Shown here one piece after another: positions 12,523 to 24,045 of a stretch of 64,000 nucleotides of DNA. Under the pieces are notes generated by a model. The model made no database searches, had not been told where the DNA came from, and saw only the letters and a list, made by a program, of their open reading frames with translations. The position numbers and the translations under genes were made by a program. This DNA is from Chiloscyllium plagiosum (lineage: Eukaryota). Position 1 is the stretch's first letter, and every line of letters starts with the position of its first letter. The stretch is from the NCBI RefSeq assembly GCF_004010195.1, contig NC_057750.1, forward strand, positions 5,006,352-5,070,351. Direction: 5' to 3'.

Positions 12523-12800
12523 CAGATCCAAAATCTGTCACAAATTAAAATAGATAGTAAAACAAAGAACTGCAGATGCTGGAATTCTAAATTAAGAACA
12601 GAAATTGCTGGAGAAACTCAGCAGGTCTGGCAGCATCTCTGGAGAGAGAGAAAAAGTTAACATTTCATGTCCAGTGACCCATCGTTGACTGTAAGGATCA
12701 CAGACTAATGCAAGTACAGAGTGTTTGAAAAGCATTGTCTCTCCTGCTGTCAGAACGCTGAGCCGCTCTTCCTCATGGAGAGGGAGGTATATCCACTGGT

Positions 12801-13871
12801 TTATCTCAGGAGGGTCCAGGTAGGGAGCATGGGTACAGACTCCAACCTGGGCTCAGCTTCGTTGCTGCCCCTCCCAACGTTGTCGGGTGAAAGAGACGGG
12901 GTTGGGGGGGGTGGTGGTGGTGGAGTGGGGCTTGGGAGGTGGGAGGGTCCCCTGGGCTCTGTAGGATGGACTCGGCGATCGGAGACTGGCCATTGGACTG
13001 TGAAGACCGTGGGAATGAAGCTGACCAGCTCTCCCCCCCTCACCCCCATGCTCTCCATAGTCCCCCCCCCTTGTTCTCTCGGAGAGGGGGGGTCTATGGA
13101 GAGCTCCTGGGGTTTGAGGTGGCGCTGTTGCTGGTGATGCTGGTGGGTTCGGACTCCCTCTACCCGCTCCATGCCATTCAGAGACCCGGTGACAGTCCCT
13201 GCCCTTCGCCTGAGCCCCTCCCCAGTCCTCCTCGGATTCCCCCCGCCTTGTCTGGGTGGTGACGGGGCAGGGGGACGGTGCCACCTGCGGTGGGAGGCCA
13301 GGTTGGCTGGGCACCCAAAGACCTTGCCGCATTCAGGACACCGATGCTCCTCTCTGGCAATGCCAGGGCAGCGGTGCCCAGCCAGACCCAGGGAGTCAGG
13401 GTACTCCCCCCGGCAGAGACGGCAGACGAAAGCCCCCAGGAGGTCGGGGCCTGTCGGCCTCCCTTTGGCATCACCACCGCCATGCCCCTCGGTGCCTGTC
13501 CTGTCTCGCCCGGGCGGACCCCTCAGCCAATCCACTGGTGAGTCACGACCTCTGTGACCCTGGGTCCCGGGTGGAGTTGGTGCAGAGAACAGCTCTGCCC
13601 ATGGCTGAGGCCAGGGTGATGTTAGATAGTCCATGGGCACCGAACTCACGCCTGGTGACAAATCACAGGTTCCCGGCCCACCATTAATAACTACGTCCAC
13701 GATGCCGTCTCTCTCTCGTTCTCGGCTCTGACCGGCTTCCTTTGGTGTTCCTTCCCCTCCAACCGGGATTTGCCATGCCGTGAATCCCTCTCGGAAAACC
13801 TCCACCTTCTTCCCCGTCACCCTATAGGACCTCGTCCCTGGGTTTCTCTTGATCAGAAATCCTCGGGGCAT
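12801..13871 (-). CDS. INSM1-like: INSM-family SNAG-domain zinc-finger transcription factor, intronless, divergent, two intact fingers (356 aa)
   Basis: Starts [10 protein letters not shown]...SYRV (SNAG; INSM1 has MPRGFLVKRS...SYRV). Contains [24 protein letters not shown] (C2HC finger, 13368-13430) and [25 protein letters not shown] (13278-13346), closely matching INSM1 fingers 1-2. GC/CpG-rich, single uninterrupted ORF ending TAA at 12801-12803. Confidence 0.92.
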   Translation of the reverse strand: MPRGFLIKRNPGTRSYRVTGKKVEVFREGFTAWQIPVGGEGTPKEAGQSRERERDGIVDVVINGGPGTCDLSPGVSSVPMDYLTSPWPQPWAELFSAPTPPGTQGHRGRDSPVDWLRGPPGRDRTGTEGHGGGDAKGRPTGPDLLGAFVCRLCRGEYPDSLGLAGHRCPGIAREEHRCPECGKVFGCPANLASHRRWHRPPAPSPPRQGGGNPRRTGEGLRRRAGTVTGSLNGMERVEGVRTHQHHQQQRHLKPQELSIDPPSPREQGGGTMESMGVRGGELVSFIPTVFTVQWPVSDRRVHPTEPRGPSHLPSPTPPPPPPPTPSLSPDNVGRGSNEAEPRLESVPMLPTWTLLR

Positions 13872-14100
13872 CTCGAGCGAGAAGTTCTGAGAGATGGCAG
13901 AGACGGTCATGAACCAGAGCAGCAGCAGGAACACACACTCCGAGAGAGCACAGCTCAGAGATGTCTCTGCATCTCTCCGTCTGTGTGTGTGTGTGTGTGC
14001 GCGCGTGCAAACTTCTTAATTAACACATAACCAATTAACACGCAACGATGGCGAGCCACAGAGATTGGACGAGGACAATTCTGACAAAACACAGTTCATT
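13872..14100 (-). promoter_or_regulatory. Putative 5'UTR/proximal promoter of the INSM-family gene
   Basis: Mostly non-transposon sequence directly upstream of the SNAG ATG, with a CCAAT box (attgg on plus, ~14064), TAATTG/TAATTA homeodomain-type cores and a (CA)n/(CG)n tract. Confidence 0.45.
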
Positions 14101-15029
14101 AACACTGTGTTAATCCCAGGATGGTCTCTTTGTAAAATAAAAATTGTGAACCTTTGGGCTTCCAAATAAATATTCTGTACTCGGACAGTCAATATTGTAT
14201 ATGTTAGTGTGTCCATCCGATGTTGTCAGCATCCACTCCTTACAAGATTGCCAAGTAAGACCCTTCTTCCCATCTAAGGAGGTAGTTGGATGGGACAGGG
14301 TAGAAAAAGACCATTCGGCCCAACCCATGTAACCCAACATCAATCTGATGCCATCTTCATATCGCGTTTGGTGGTGTGGAAATAGTCAACTCTGTGTTAA
14401 CTGTTGCCTCGTGTGATTCAGGAGAGGGTAAGCGCAGCACAATTGGACACTGTGAACAGATAAATGAATTAATAATGTCGGATTCTGCTTTCCTTTGGCT
14501 TTTTCTCAGCCATGTCCTTCCAATCTCTCAGCCTCCAGCCATTCTCTCACAGTCTCCATATCCATTGGGATTGTTTCCAGTGAGTTAGGGGTTACCCAGG
14601 GCTCTGGGAGCTCAGGAAGGTCCTGACCATCGTCCATCTGCTGAACAAGGCTGAGGCAGTGCAGACAGCAGAGGCTTTTGTGATACCGATGGAATGAGTT
14701 TGTCCAAGGAGCTTCAAATCAGTGACTTTGACCAGCCAGGAGTTGCTGACGATACGGCTGTGGGGCTTTGGTTCCTGAAGCTGTGATGCTAGTGAGGGCC
14801 TCCCTCACAAAGGGTTAATGATTCCTCCACATTCTCTCTGGATCCTGATAATGGATCAATTTTTGTCCAATTATGTCTCCAAGATGGCGGCCGAGTAGGA
14901 CTCCTGAGCGAGAGCTCGTCCTCTCTATCCGTTTCTTACTTTCTCTCCCTTTTCACGTTTTCTGTTTCTTTTTCTTTATACCTTCCATCCTCGGGCGGCA
15001 TCAGTGACGAATGGGGTGAAGGCCAGAGC

Positions 15030-16263
15030 GGACTCTGGCCTCAGTCAGGACTCAGACTCCCGGCCTCAGCGTGGAATCAGACAACCGGCTTCAGTGTCAT
15101 GCCCAGACTCCCGGCCTCATTGTCATGCTCAGACACCCGGCCTCAGCGTGGAATCAGACAACCGGCTTCAGTGTCATGCCCAGACTCCCGGCCTCATTGT
15201 CATGCTCAGACACCCGGCCTCAGTGTGGGACTCAGACAACCGGCCTCAGCGAGGACTCAGACTCCCAACCTCAGCGTGGACTCAGACACCCGGCCTCAGC
15301 GTGGAATCAGACAACCGGCTTCAGTGTCATGCCCAGACTCCCGGCCTCATTGTCATGCTCAGACACCCGGCCTCAGTGTGGGACTCAGACAACCGGCCTC
15401 AGCGAGGACTCAGACTCCCAACCTCAGCGTGGACTCAGACACCCGGCCTCAGCGTGGACTCAGACACCCGGCCTCAGTGTCGTGCTCAGACTCCCGGCCT
15501 CAGTGTGGGACTCAGACTCCCGGCCTCAGAGAGGACTCAGACACCCGGCCTCAACGTGGAATCAGACAACCGGCTTCAGTGTCGTGCCCAGTCTCCCGGC
15601 CTCATTGTCATGCTCAGACACCCGGCCTCAGTGTGGGACTCAGACAACCGGCCTCAGCGAGGACTCAGACTCCCGGCCTCAGTGGGGACTCAGACTCCCG
15701 GCCTCAGTGTGGGACTCAGACTCCCGGCCTCAGTGTGGTCTTAGACTCCCGGCCTCAGTGTGGACTCAGACTCCTGGCCTCAATGTGGACTCAGACTCCC
15801 GGCCTTAGTGTGGACTCAGACTCCCGGCCTTAGTGTGGACTCAGACTCCTGGCCTCAATGTGGACTCGGACTCTCAGCCTCAGTGTGGATTCAGACTCCT
15901 GGCCTCAATGTGGACTCAGACTCTCAGCCTCAGTGTGGACTCAGACTCTCAGCCTCAGTGTGGACTCAGACTCTCAGCCTCAGTGTGGGGCTCAGACGCC
16001 CAGCCTCAGCGTGGACTCCAACGTCCAGCCTCAGCGAGGACTCAGACTCCCGGCCTCAGCGTAGACTCAGACTCCTGGCCTCAGTGTGGGACTCAGACTC
16101 CCGGCCTCAGAGAGGACTCAGACACCCGGCCTCAACGTGGAATCAGACAACCGGCTTCAGTGTCGTGCCCAGTCTCCCGGCCTCATTGTCATGCTCAGAC
16201 ACCCGGCCTCAGTGTGGGACTCAGACAACCGGCCTCAGCGAGGACTCAGACTCCCGGCCTCAG
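15030..16263 (+). repeat. GC-rich minisatellite, ~25-26-nt unit (cggcctcagcgtggactcagactcc) with a 153-nt higher-order repeat; runs into gap 16264-16668
   Basis: Over 40 diverged monomers; a 51-codon block recurs in the ORF track. Confidence 0.95.
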
Positions 16264-16668
16264 NNNNNNNNNNNNNNNNNNNNNNNNNNNNNNNNNNNNN
16301 NNNNNNNNNNNNNNNNNNNNNNNNNNNNNNNNNNNNNNNNNNNNNNNNNNNNNNNNNNNNNNNNNNNNNNNNNNNNNNNNNNNNNNNNNNNNNNNNNNNN
16401 NNNNNNNNNNNNNNNNNNNNNNNNNNNNNNNNNNNNNNNNNNNNNNNNNNNNNNNNNNNNNNNNNNNNNNNNNNNNNNNNNNNNNNNNNNNNNNNNNNNN
16501 NNNNNNNNNNNNNNNNNNNNNNNNNNNNNNNNNNNNNNNNNNNNNNNNNNNNNNNNNNNNNNNNNNNNNNNNNNNNNNNNNNNNNNNNNNNNNNNNNNNN
16601 NNNNNNNNNNNNNNNNNNNNNNNNNNNNNNNNNNNNNNNNNNNNNNNNNNNNNNNNNNNNNNNNNNNN

Positions 16669-16884
16669 ATGGAATGAGCTGCCAGAGGAAGTGGTTGAGG
16701 CTGGTACAATTGCAACATTTAAGAGGCATTTGGACAGGTATATGAATAGGAAGGGTTTGGAGGGGTATGGGCCGGGTGCTGGCAGGTGGGACTAGATTGG
16801 GTTTGGGTATCTGGTCGGCACGGACTGGTTTGGACCGAAGGGTCTCTTTCCATGCTGTACATCTCTATGACTCTATGACTCTAT
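16669..16884 (+). mobile_element. CR1 LINE 3' end
   Basis: WNELPEEVVEAGTIATFKRHLD and (ctatgact)n tail. Confidence 0.9.
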
Positions 16885-17189
16885 AAATTTTTTGCCCTAA
16901 AAATGTGTACGTAAGAATCTGTAGCTGGGTATGTTGGTGCCTAAAATGGCATTTGGAAGTAGTGCCTTGTAACTTTTACACTGTGCTCACGTGAGCGCAC
17001 ATGGGAATAAAGTAAATTCTCCTGGTAATAATTGCTCCAGGTATTGTTCTCAAGTGTGTTCCCCTCGGCCAAATGGCTTTTGACTTTCCCAAATCTAACA
17101 GTTCCCAGTAGCTAACCGCACTGCTGGTCCCCTGTATGTATAGATAGATCGGAACTGGGCAGGCCAGTGCAAACTAATGAGCATTTATT

Positions 17190-17632
17190 AACTATTGAGT
17201 ATAGAAGCAAAGAGGTGCTTCTGCAGCTGTACAGGGCCCTGGTGAGACCACACCTGGAGTACTGTGTGCAGTTTTGGCCTCCAAATTTGAGGAAAGACAT
17301 TCTGGTTATTGAGGGAGTGCAGCGTAGGTTCACTCGGTCAATTCCCGGAATGGCGGGACTATCTTACGCTGAAAGATTGGAGCGACTGGGCTTGTATACG
17401 CTTTTGAGTTTAGAAGGCTGAGAGGGGATCTGATTGAGACGTATAAGATTATTAAAGGATTGGACACTCTGGAGGCAGGAAGCATGTTTCTGCTGATGTG
17501 TGAGTCCCAAACCAGAGGACACAGTTTAAAAATAAAGGGTAGGCCACTTAGAACAGAGATGAGGAGAAACGTCTTCACCCAGAGAGTGGTGGGTGTATGG
17601 AATGCTCTGCCCCAGAAGGCAGTGGAGGCCAT
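17190..17632 (+). mobile_element. CR1-type LINE ORF2 C-terminal fragment (second subfamily)
   Basis: LYRALVRPHLEYCVQFW and TRGHSLKI...FTQRVVGVWNALP. Confidence 0.9.
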
Positions 17633-18909
17633 TGACAGTAAGCACAGGGACACGGTTCACTAGAACTCAACTAGAACCTTCTTCAGTGAGGAAAATATGT
17701 TGCTGAAACAGCGCAGCAGGTCAGGCAGCATCCAGGGAGCAGGAGAATCAACGTTTCGGGCATAAGCCCTTCTTCAAAGCTTTGACAAAGGGTCGGTTAG
17801 ACTCGAAACGTCAGCTCTTTTCTCTCCTTACGGATGCTGCCAGACCTGCTGAGATTTTCCAGCATTTTCTCTTTTGGTTTCAGCATTATATGAAGTTGGA
17901 GAGTCATTGAGTCATGGAGATGTACAGCATGGAGGTCCATTCATCAGTCTAGCGACATCAGGGAAGAAGCTCTTCCTGAATCTGGTGGTCTGCGTGTCCA
18001 GGATTATGAATCTCCTGGTGACCCATTGGTATTAGAGCCATTAGAGATGTACAGCACGGAAACAGACCCTTCAGTCCAACTCGTCCATACCGACCAGATA
18101 TCCTAACTTAATCTAGTCCCATTTGCCAGCAGTTGTCCCTCTAAACCCTTCCTATTCATGTACCCATCCAGGTTGCCTTCTAAATGTTGGAATCGTCTTT
18201 GTCTCCCTCCTTTTTAAAAAGAGTGTTTTGATCTCTTTTGTTTTCCAAAGTTCCAAAACGATGCAACAGCTCATAAAACAGTAACTACTGCTCCTGGAAT
18301 TCGAGGAAATCAGCTCCAACACTGAAAACACCTCAAAAAAGGAGCAGATCTTAACAGCTACAATTGTTTTCCCATCCTCCATCTTGGATAGCCCATTAAC
18401 ACTGGACTGTTAATCCAGGGACCTGCGTAACGCTCTGAGGACCCAAGTTCAAATCCCACCCATGACAGATGTTGAAAAATAAAGAAAAACCTGGAATGGA
18501 TGAATCAATGGTTGGGGACAAAATCCAATCTGGTTCACTAATGTCCTTTTGGGAAGGAAACTGCCATCCTTACCTGGTCTGGGCCTACATGCGACTTCAA
18601 CTGCCCTCTGGGTAATTAGGGACGGGCAATAAATGGTAGCAATCTCATGAATGAATTAATTGAATATGAGAGGCGTAAGGGGCCGAATGGCCTGCTTCTA
18701 ACTCCTATTTCTGCATCAGAGGCATCCAACATTTTCATTTGTCCCTTTAAACCTCTAACAGCTTTGAAAGATGAACATTTCAGAACAGGAAAAATCACCG
18801 TTCTTGAGCCATCTGCTAGGAACCCCCCCCCAACAGTGCCCAGATCTCAGCCCTCTCTTCAATGATTCTAGAACTTTCTCTTCCCTACTGAACGAGTTGG
18901 GCCCAGTCC

Positions 18910-19452
18910 CACGCACACACACACATACACACTCTCTCACACACTCACACACACACACACACTTTCTCNNNNNNNNNNNNNNNNNNNNNNNNNNNNNNNN
19001 NNNNNNNNNNNNNNNNNNNNNNNNNNNNNNNNNNNNNNNNNNNNNNNNNNNNNNNNNNNNNNNNNNNNNNNNNNNNNNNNNNNNNNNNNNNNNNNNNNNN
19101 NNNNNNNNNNNNNNNNNNNNNNNNNNNNNNNNNNNNNNNNNNNNNNNNNNNNNNNNNNNNNNNNNNNNNNNNNNNNNNNNNNNNNNNNNNNNNNNNNNNN
19201 NNNNNNNNNNNNNNNNNNNNNNNNNNNNNNNNNNNNNNNNNNNNNNNNNNNNNNNNNNNNNNNNNNNNNNNNNNNNNNNNNNNNNNNNNNNNNNNNNNNN
19301 NNNNNNNNNNNNNNNNNNNNNNNNNNNNNNNNNNNNNNNNNNNNNNNNNNNNNNNNCACTCACACACACTCTCTCACACACACACTCTCACTCACACACA
19401 CACACTCACACACACACTCACTCACACACACTCTCTCACACACACACGCACA
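18910..19452. repeat. (CA)/(CT) microsatellite around gap 18969-19356
   Basis: Direct observation. Confidence 0.9.
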
Positions 19453-20246
19453 TCCTGGGGTTTGAAACATTCCATAAGAAGAAGCAAGGAGCTTGATCCT
19501 CACTGAACAACAAAAGAAGAAACCAATCTTAAAACTGGGTCACGCCATTTGCTTGAGTGAAATTGCAGCTCAAGAGAAAAAAGTCTCCAAGGCTTCTGTC
19601 AGTAAGATATCGAGTAAGGTGACCACAAAAGGGGCTGTGGCTTCTCTTAAACTGTTGTAACCCCGTCTCCCTCTCGCTCTCAAAACAAGAGCTCTGCAAC
19701 TCCGGATGTGAAAGAACTTTTGAGCTTTGACAGCGAGTTGTATCAGTTTCCAGTCTTCCACTCTGACACAGACACCACTCTCTGATTGTCTTGGTGGATC
19801 CATATCTGTCTCCTTGGAAACCGAGTGGATTGGTTATTAACGGGTTGCGAAGACCGTGTCTCTCTCGCTGTCTCTCCGGGGTAGACTCTCCGATATCAGG
19901 ATGGTTCAGCTGGAACTGGAAGTGTATCCCTGTCAATAGGGAAAGGCCTGGGAGCAGACAATGCTGAGGACATCATCGCGTGATACCAGTGACCCTGAGC
20001 TACAGATGAGGTACTTTACATCAAGCGTCCTTACTTCATAGAGCTGCCACCGCTAGACAGAACAGGCCATTTGGCCCCAACTGTTTGTGTGCTGGTGTCT
20101 ATCCTCCATACTGTCCCTCTTCAACTTTACTGTTAGAGTTGGTTTGTCAAGAGATTGGTGTAGATGGGTTGACACAGACTCAATGGGTTAAAGGGCTTTA
20201 CGTGTACGCCTGACTCTATATCCTTCCAGTTTCCTCTATTATTATA

Positions 20247-20572
20247 TAGAATCCCTACAGTTTGGAAGCAAGCCATTCGGCCCATTGAATCCACATTGAC
20301 CCCTCCCCAAAGAGCATCCCATCAACCCTGTTCCTGTAACCCCACATTTCCCATGGCTAACCCACTCAGTTTGCACATCCCTGGACACTATGGGGCAATT
20401 TAGCATGGCCAATCCACCCTAACCTGCACATCTTTGGACCATGAGAGGAAACCCACACAGACACGGGGAGAACGTGTAAACTCCACACAGACAGTCGCCC
20501 GAGGGTGGAATCGAACCGGGGTCCCTGACACCATGAGGCTGCAGTCTGAGCCACTGAGCCACCGTGCTGCCC
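20247..20572 (-). mobile_element. V-SINE (HE1-like)
   Basis: Near full-length reverse-complement copy. Confidence 0.85.
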
Positions 20573-21001
20573 TAATGTTCCTATCTATTGAACTGAAACA
20601 TAGAATATGGGAACAGAAGTAGGCTATTCAGCCCTTCAGACCTGCTCCACCATTCAATAACATCATGACTGATCATCCAATTTTTCCTGCTTGCTCCCCC
20701 ATACCCTTTTGATCCCTTTTGCCCTAAGAACTGTGTGTAAATATTTGTCGATGTGTATGCTTTTTGTCTTGACCACTGTACTGTGATAGCTCTCCATTCT
20801 CACCACTCTCAGGCTGAAGAAGTCTTTCCAAATCTCCCTATTGGATTTATCTTCTTTTATTTTGGTGCCCAGTTTCAGATTTTCCCACCACCCCGCTCCG
20901 CATCGACCCCCTTCTAAAGACTTCTGCTTGGCTCTCCCCCGTACCCTCCCCCTTTTTTATTTCTCTAAACGTTAGACCCTTGGTGGTTTACTGACGGTTG
21001 A

Positions 21002-21501
21002 NNNNNNNNNNNNNNNNNNNNNNNNNNNNNNNNNNNNNNNNNNNNNNNNNNNNNNNNNNNNNNNNNNNNNNNNNNNNNNNNNNNNNNNNNNNNNNNNNNN
21101 NNNNNNNNNNNNNNNNNNNNNNNNNNNNNNNNNNNNNNNNNNNNNNNNNNNNNNNNNNNNNNNNNNNNNNNNNNNNNNNNNNNNNNNNNNNNNNNNNNNN
21201 NNNNNNNNNNNNNNNNNNNNNNNNNNNNNNNNNNNNNNNNNNNNNNNNNNNNNNNNNNNNNNNNNNNNNNNNNNNNNNNNNNNNNNNNNNNNNNNNNNNN
21301 NNNNNNNNNNNNNNNNNNNNNNNNNNNNNNNNNNNNNNNNNNNNNNNNNNNNNNNNNNNNNNNNNNNNNNNNNNNNNNNNNNNNNNNNNNNNNNNNNNNN
21401 NNNNNNNNNNNNNNNNNNNNNNNNNNNNNNNNNNNNNNNNNNNNNNNNNNNNNNNNNNNNNNNNNNNNNNNNNNNNNNNNNNNNNNNNNNNNNNNNNNNN
21501 N
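21002..21501. other. Assembly gap of exactly 500 N (probable scaffold join of unknown true size)
   Basis: Round length, unlike the four other gaps. Confidence 0.8.
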
Positions 21502-21556
21502 CGTGTTGGTTGGGATTAACTGAATGTTACAACAAAAAGTGTTAGGTGAAACTTCA

Positions 21557-21562
21557 TTTATT
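21557..21562 (-). terminator. NAPA: Probable NAPA polyadenylation signal (AATAAA), giving a ~950-nt 3'UTR
   Basis: tttatt on plus at the end of a repeat-free, AT-rich stretch downstream of the stop, followed on minus by a T/GT-rich tract. Confidence 0.65.
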
Positions 21563-22502
21563 CAGATTTTAAAATATCATATTGTGCATTTATACAATGG
21601 TTACAATTGGCTGAATGTCTAATCCACACACGCACACACTTGCCAATCTAAGATTTGGGCTTCATCCCATCAGATTTCTTTGCACAGTAAACCTACATCG
21701 CCCCGAGAGCTCCAAGTAATGGGATGACATGTCTGCACCGAATGGGAAAAATTGCTGCCCTTAAACACCCCCCCCCCCCCCAAAAAAAGCAATATTCAAC
21801 AGCATTCACTGAGTGGCATACTGGAAACTTCAGATTAAAACAAAGGTTACAACTTAATCTACCACCAGCACAATGTTACACCACCTCCCCCCCAACCACC
21901 ACGCACTTGGGCCAAATCTCAAACCATTTCTCTCAATTTCTCAGCTAAACTGTCCCAGCAGGAACACACAAGCCCTCGATAGCTGGCTACTTAACTGGCA
22001 GCAGGCATCACAGCCAAAAACAATCCTGCCAGAGGCCTGCACTCTGGTTTGAGATGGGATTTTAAGACCGTGATCTACTAATCGACAAACGAAAGATGCA
22101 TGTTGACAGACTGTGCGGAGTGAATTGGGCAATCACCAGGCATTTTCTCTTCCTCTAGTTTTGTTATCAAGTTAATGCTATAAATTTAAAACAAGCAAAC
22201 ACCATTTATACACGTGAGAAGGATAGTGTAAAAAAGAGGGGGAGCAAAAGTTATAGCTTACAACAGGACTGTTTCAAGAAACAGAGCTCATTTGCTTACA
22301 GGTTCAGCTGGGCATGACTAATAAATGCCAAACAATTGTCCAAAATTTCCAATTCTGGAATGTCCCTGCAGCTTTGATTTGCAGTTTATAGTTTTTGATT
22401 CTGTTTTTAAAGAAAAAAAATTCTTTATCCATCCCCCCCTCCCCCTCACTGGTTGGATTGACATTTTTCCCCTTCAGTTGCTATTATATAAATGATTACT
22501 CC

Positions 22503-22604
22503 TTAACGCAAATCACTCTCTTCGCCCTGAATGGTCTTCTTGATACGAAGAAGCATTGTAGTCAACCACTGATCCAACCTGGAGATGGAATCATACTCCT
22601 TCAC
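22503..22604 (-). CDS. NAPA: alpha-SNAP last coding exon (102 nt) [33 protein letters not shown]
   Basis: tag acceptor, TAA stop; NAPA-type C-terminus with penultimate Leu. Exons sum to 888 nt = 295 aa. Confidence 0.97.
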   Translation of the reverse strand: MKEYDSISRLDQWLTTMLLRIKKTIQGEESDLR

Positions 22605-23925
22605 CTACAAGAGAGGACAAAGTCAGCTTCGATGCTTTTCTTTAAGTTCAAACAGAACGCTAATCCTGGAGCTAGAAAGTCTTAGTCCCCACTCCGGATG
22701 ATGCAGTTCAGATGGACACTCCCATCTCAGTTACTGAAGGAGCACTTCACTGTTGGAGGCACTGGCTCTCAGGCTGCTCATTAAACCCCAGCCATGGTGC
22801 GAGGCAGAGCCACATCATTGTCTCCTGGATGCCACATACAGCAAGACAGTGAGTGCAAGAGCAAGTGATGGGGGCTGAAAAATTATGCCTTTTAATACAA
22901 TGGCAGGGGGAGGAGTAAGTGGAACAGATGGCGAGGATGCCCAGTGCAAAAAGACAAAAGGTAGTGTCCATGGCTGTAGGAGTTCATACAGACAAAGTGT
23001 CTGAGCAGAACATGCACACGCACTGCAGACAGCAAAGACACAACACTCCCCACCCCTGTTCCCAATCAAAAACTGTGCTCATCGTGTGAAGTTGTTGAAT
23101 GCAATATTAAACCCTGAAAGACCCAATCAGAAAGCGTGTTGGACCTCTGACAGTGAAAAGGCACAGTTAGAAGAGTTTGCAACCTCAACATTAGGAAGGT
23201 ATTGCAAATACTTATTAGCATCTTTTCCTTTGGACCTGTTAAATGCAGCGCATATTGTTTTCAAAAAGAACAGTATTCTTACTGGTGAACCAGTGAGCCA
23301 AAACAGAACATCTGCCATAACCCTGGATTGTTTGGTATGCCAGAAACAAATCAGTAGCTGCATTGCTGGTTCAACTTCCCTGCCAATAACCCAGTCCCTG
23401 AGCACTTCACTGAAATATCAATGAGCACTTCACTGAAATATCACCGCAGGTTGTGCTGGACTCTAGAGTGAGTGTTCCATCATTGATCCAATGTGTTGCT
23501 TCGCATACCTATTTCAGACATTTTGAACTCTGAATTCAGCAAGCATCATACATTATGCAATACAGCACAGGAACAGGCCTTTCTGCCCATCGAGCCTGCA
23601 CAGATTCGTAACCCTTATTTAGATCCACTACTTATCACTAGTGTGGTAACTACCCTTCTGCTCGCCTCATGCTCATGTCTATTAAGATACACCTTAACGT
23701 TGCTAATGTGCCCGCATCCACCACCTCCACTGGCAGTGCATTCCAGGCACCCACCACCCTCCGTGGGAAAACATTCCTCCTCTCATCTTGAACCTGTGCC
23801 CTCTTGTAGTTGACTTTCCAGCCTGGGAAGAAGTCTATCCACCTACGCTTCAATTTTGCAGACCTCTCAGGCAAACCCCTCAGCCTCCCTCATCCACATT
23901 TTGATTGAAATCACAAACCACTTAC

Positions 23926-24045
23926 TGCATCGGTGTAGCCATCGACATTCTGCTCCTCAAAGGCATCGAGCAATTTCTTGACCAGTTTACATTCCCTGGA
24001 ATCGGAGAAGGCTGGGAACATTTCCTCATATTTTGTGACTGCCAA
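23926..24045 (-). CDS. NAPA: alpha-SNAP exon 9 (120 nt) [40 protein letters not shown]
   Basis: cag acceptor, gtaagt donor, continuous frame. Confidence 0.96.

Noticed and set aside
11630..12553. ORFs of 140-320 aa crossing N-runs (also near 16.2-16.7, 19, 21 and 46 kb)
   Set aside because: Artefacts of assembly gaps and microsatellites.
13872..13934. Hydrophobic signal-peptide-like extension MFLLLLWF... of the INSM ORF
   Set aside because: The ORF-track start is a GTG; SNAG proteins begin at MPRxFL and are nuclear.
15004..16263. Long overlapping ORFs in all three plus frames; superficially CRISPR-like periodic array
   Set aside because: Contiguous diverged tandem monomers with no unique spacers and no cas genes, in a vertebrate genome; open frames follow from a stop-poor repeat unit.
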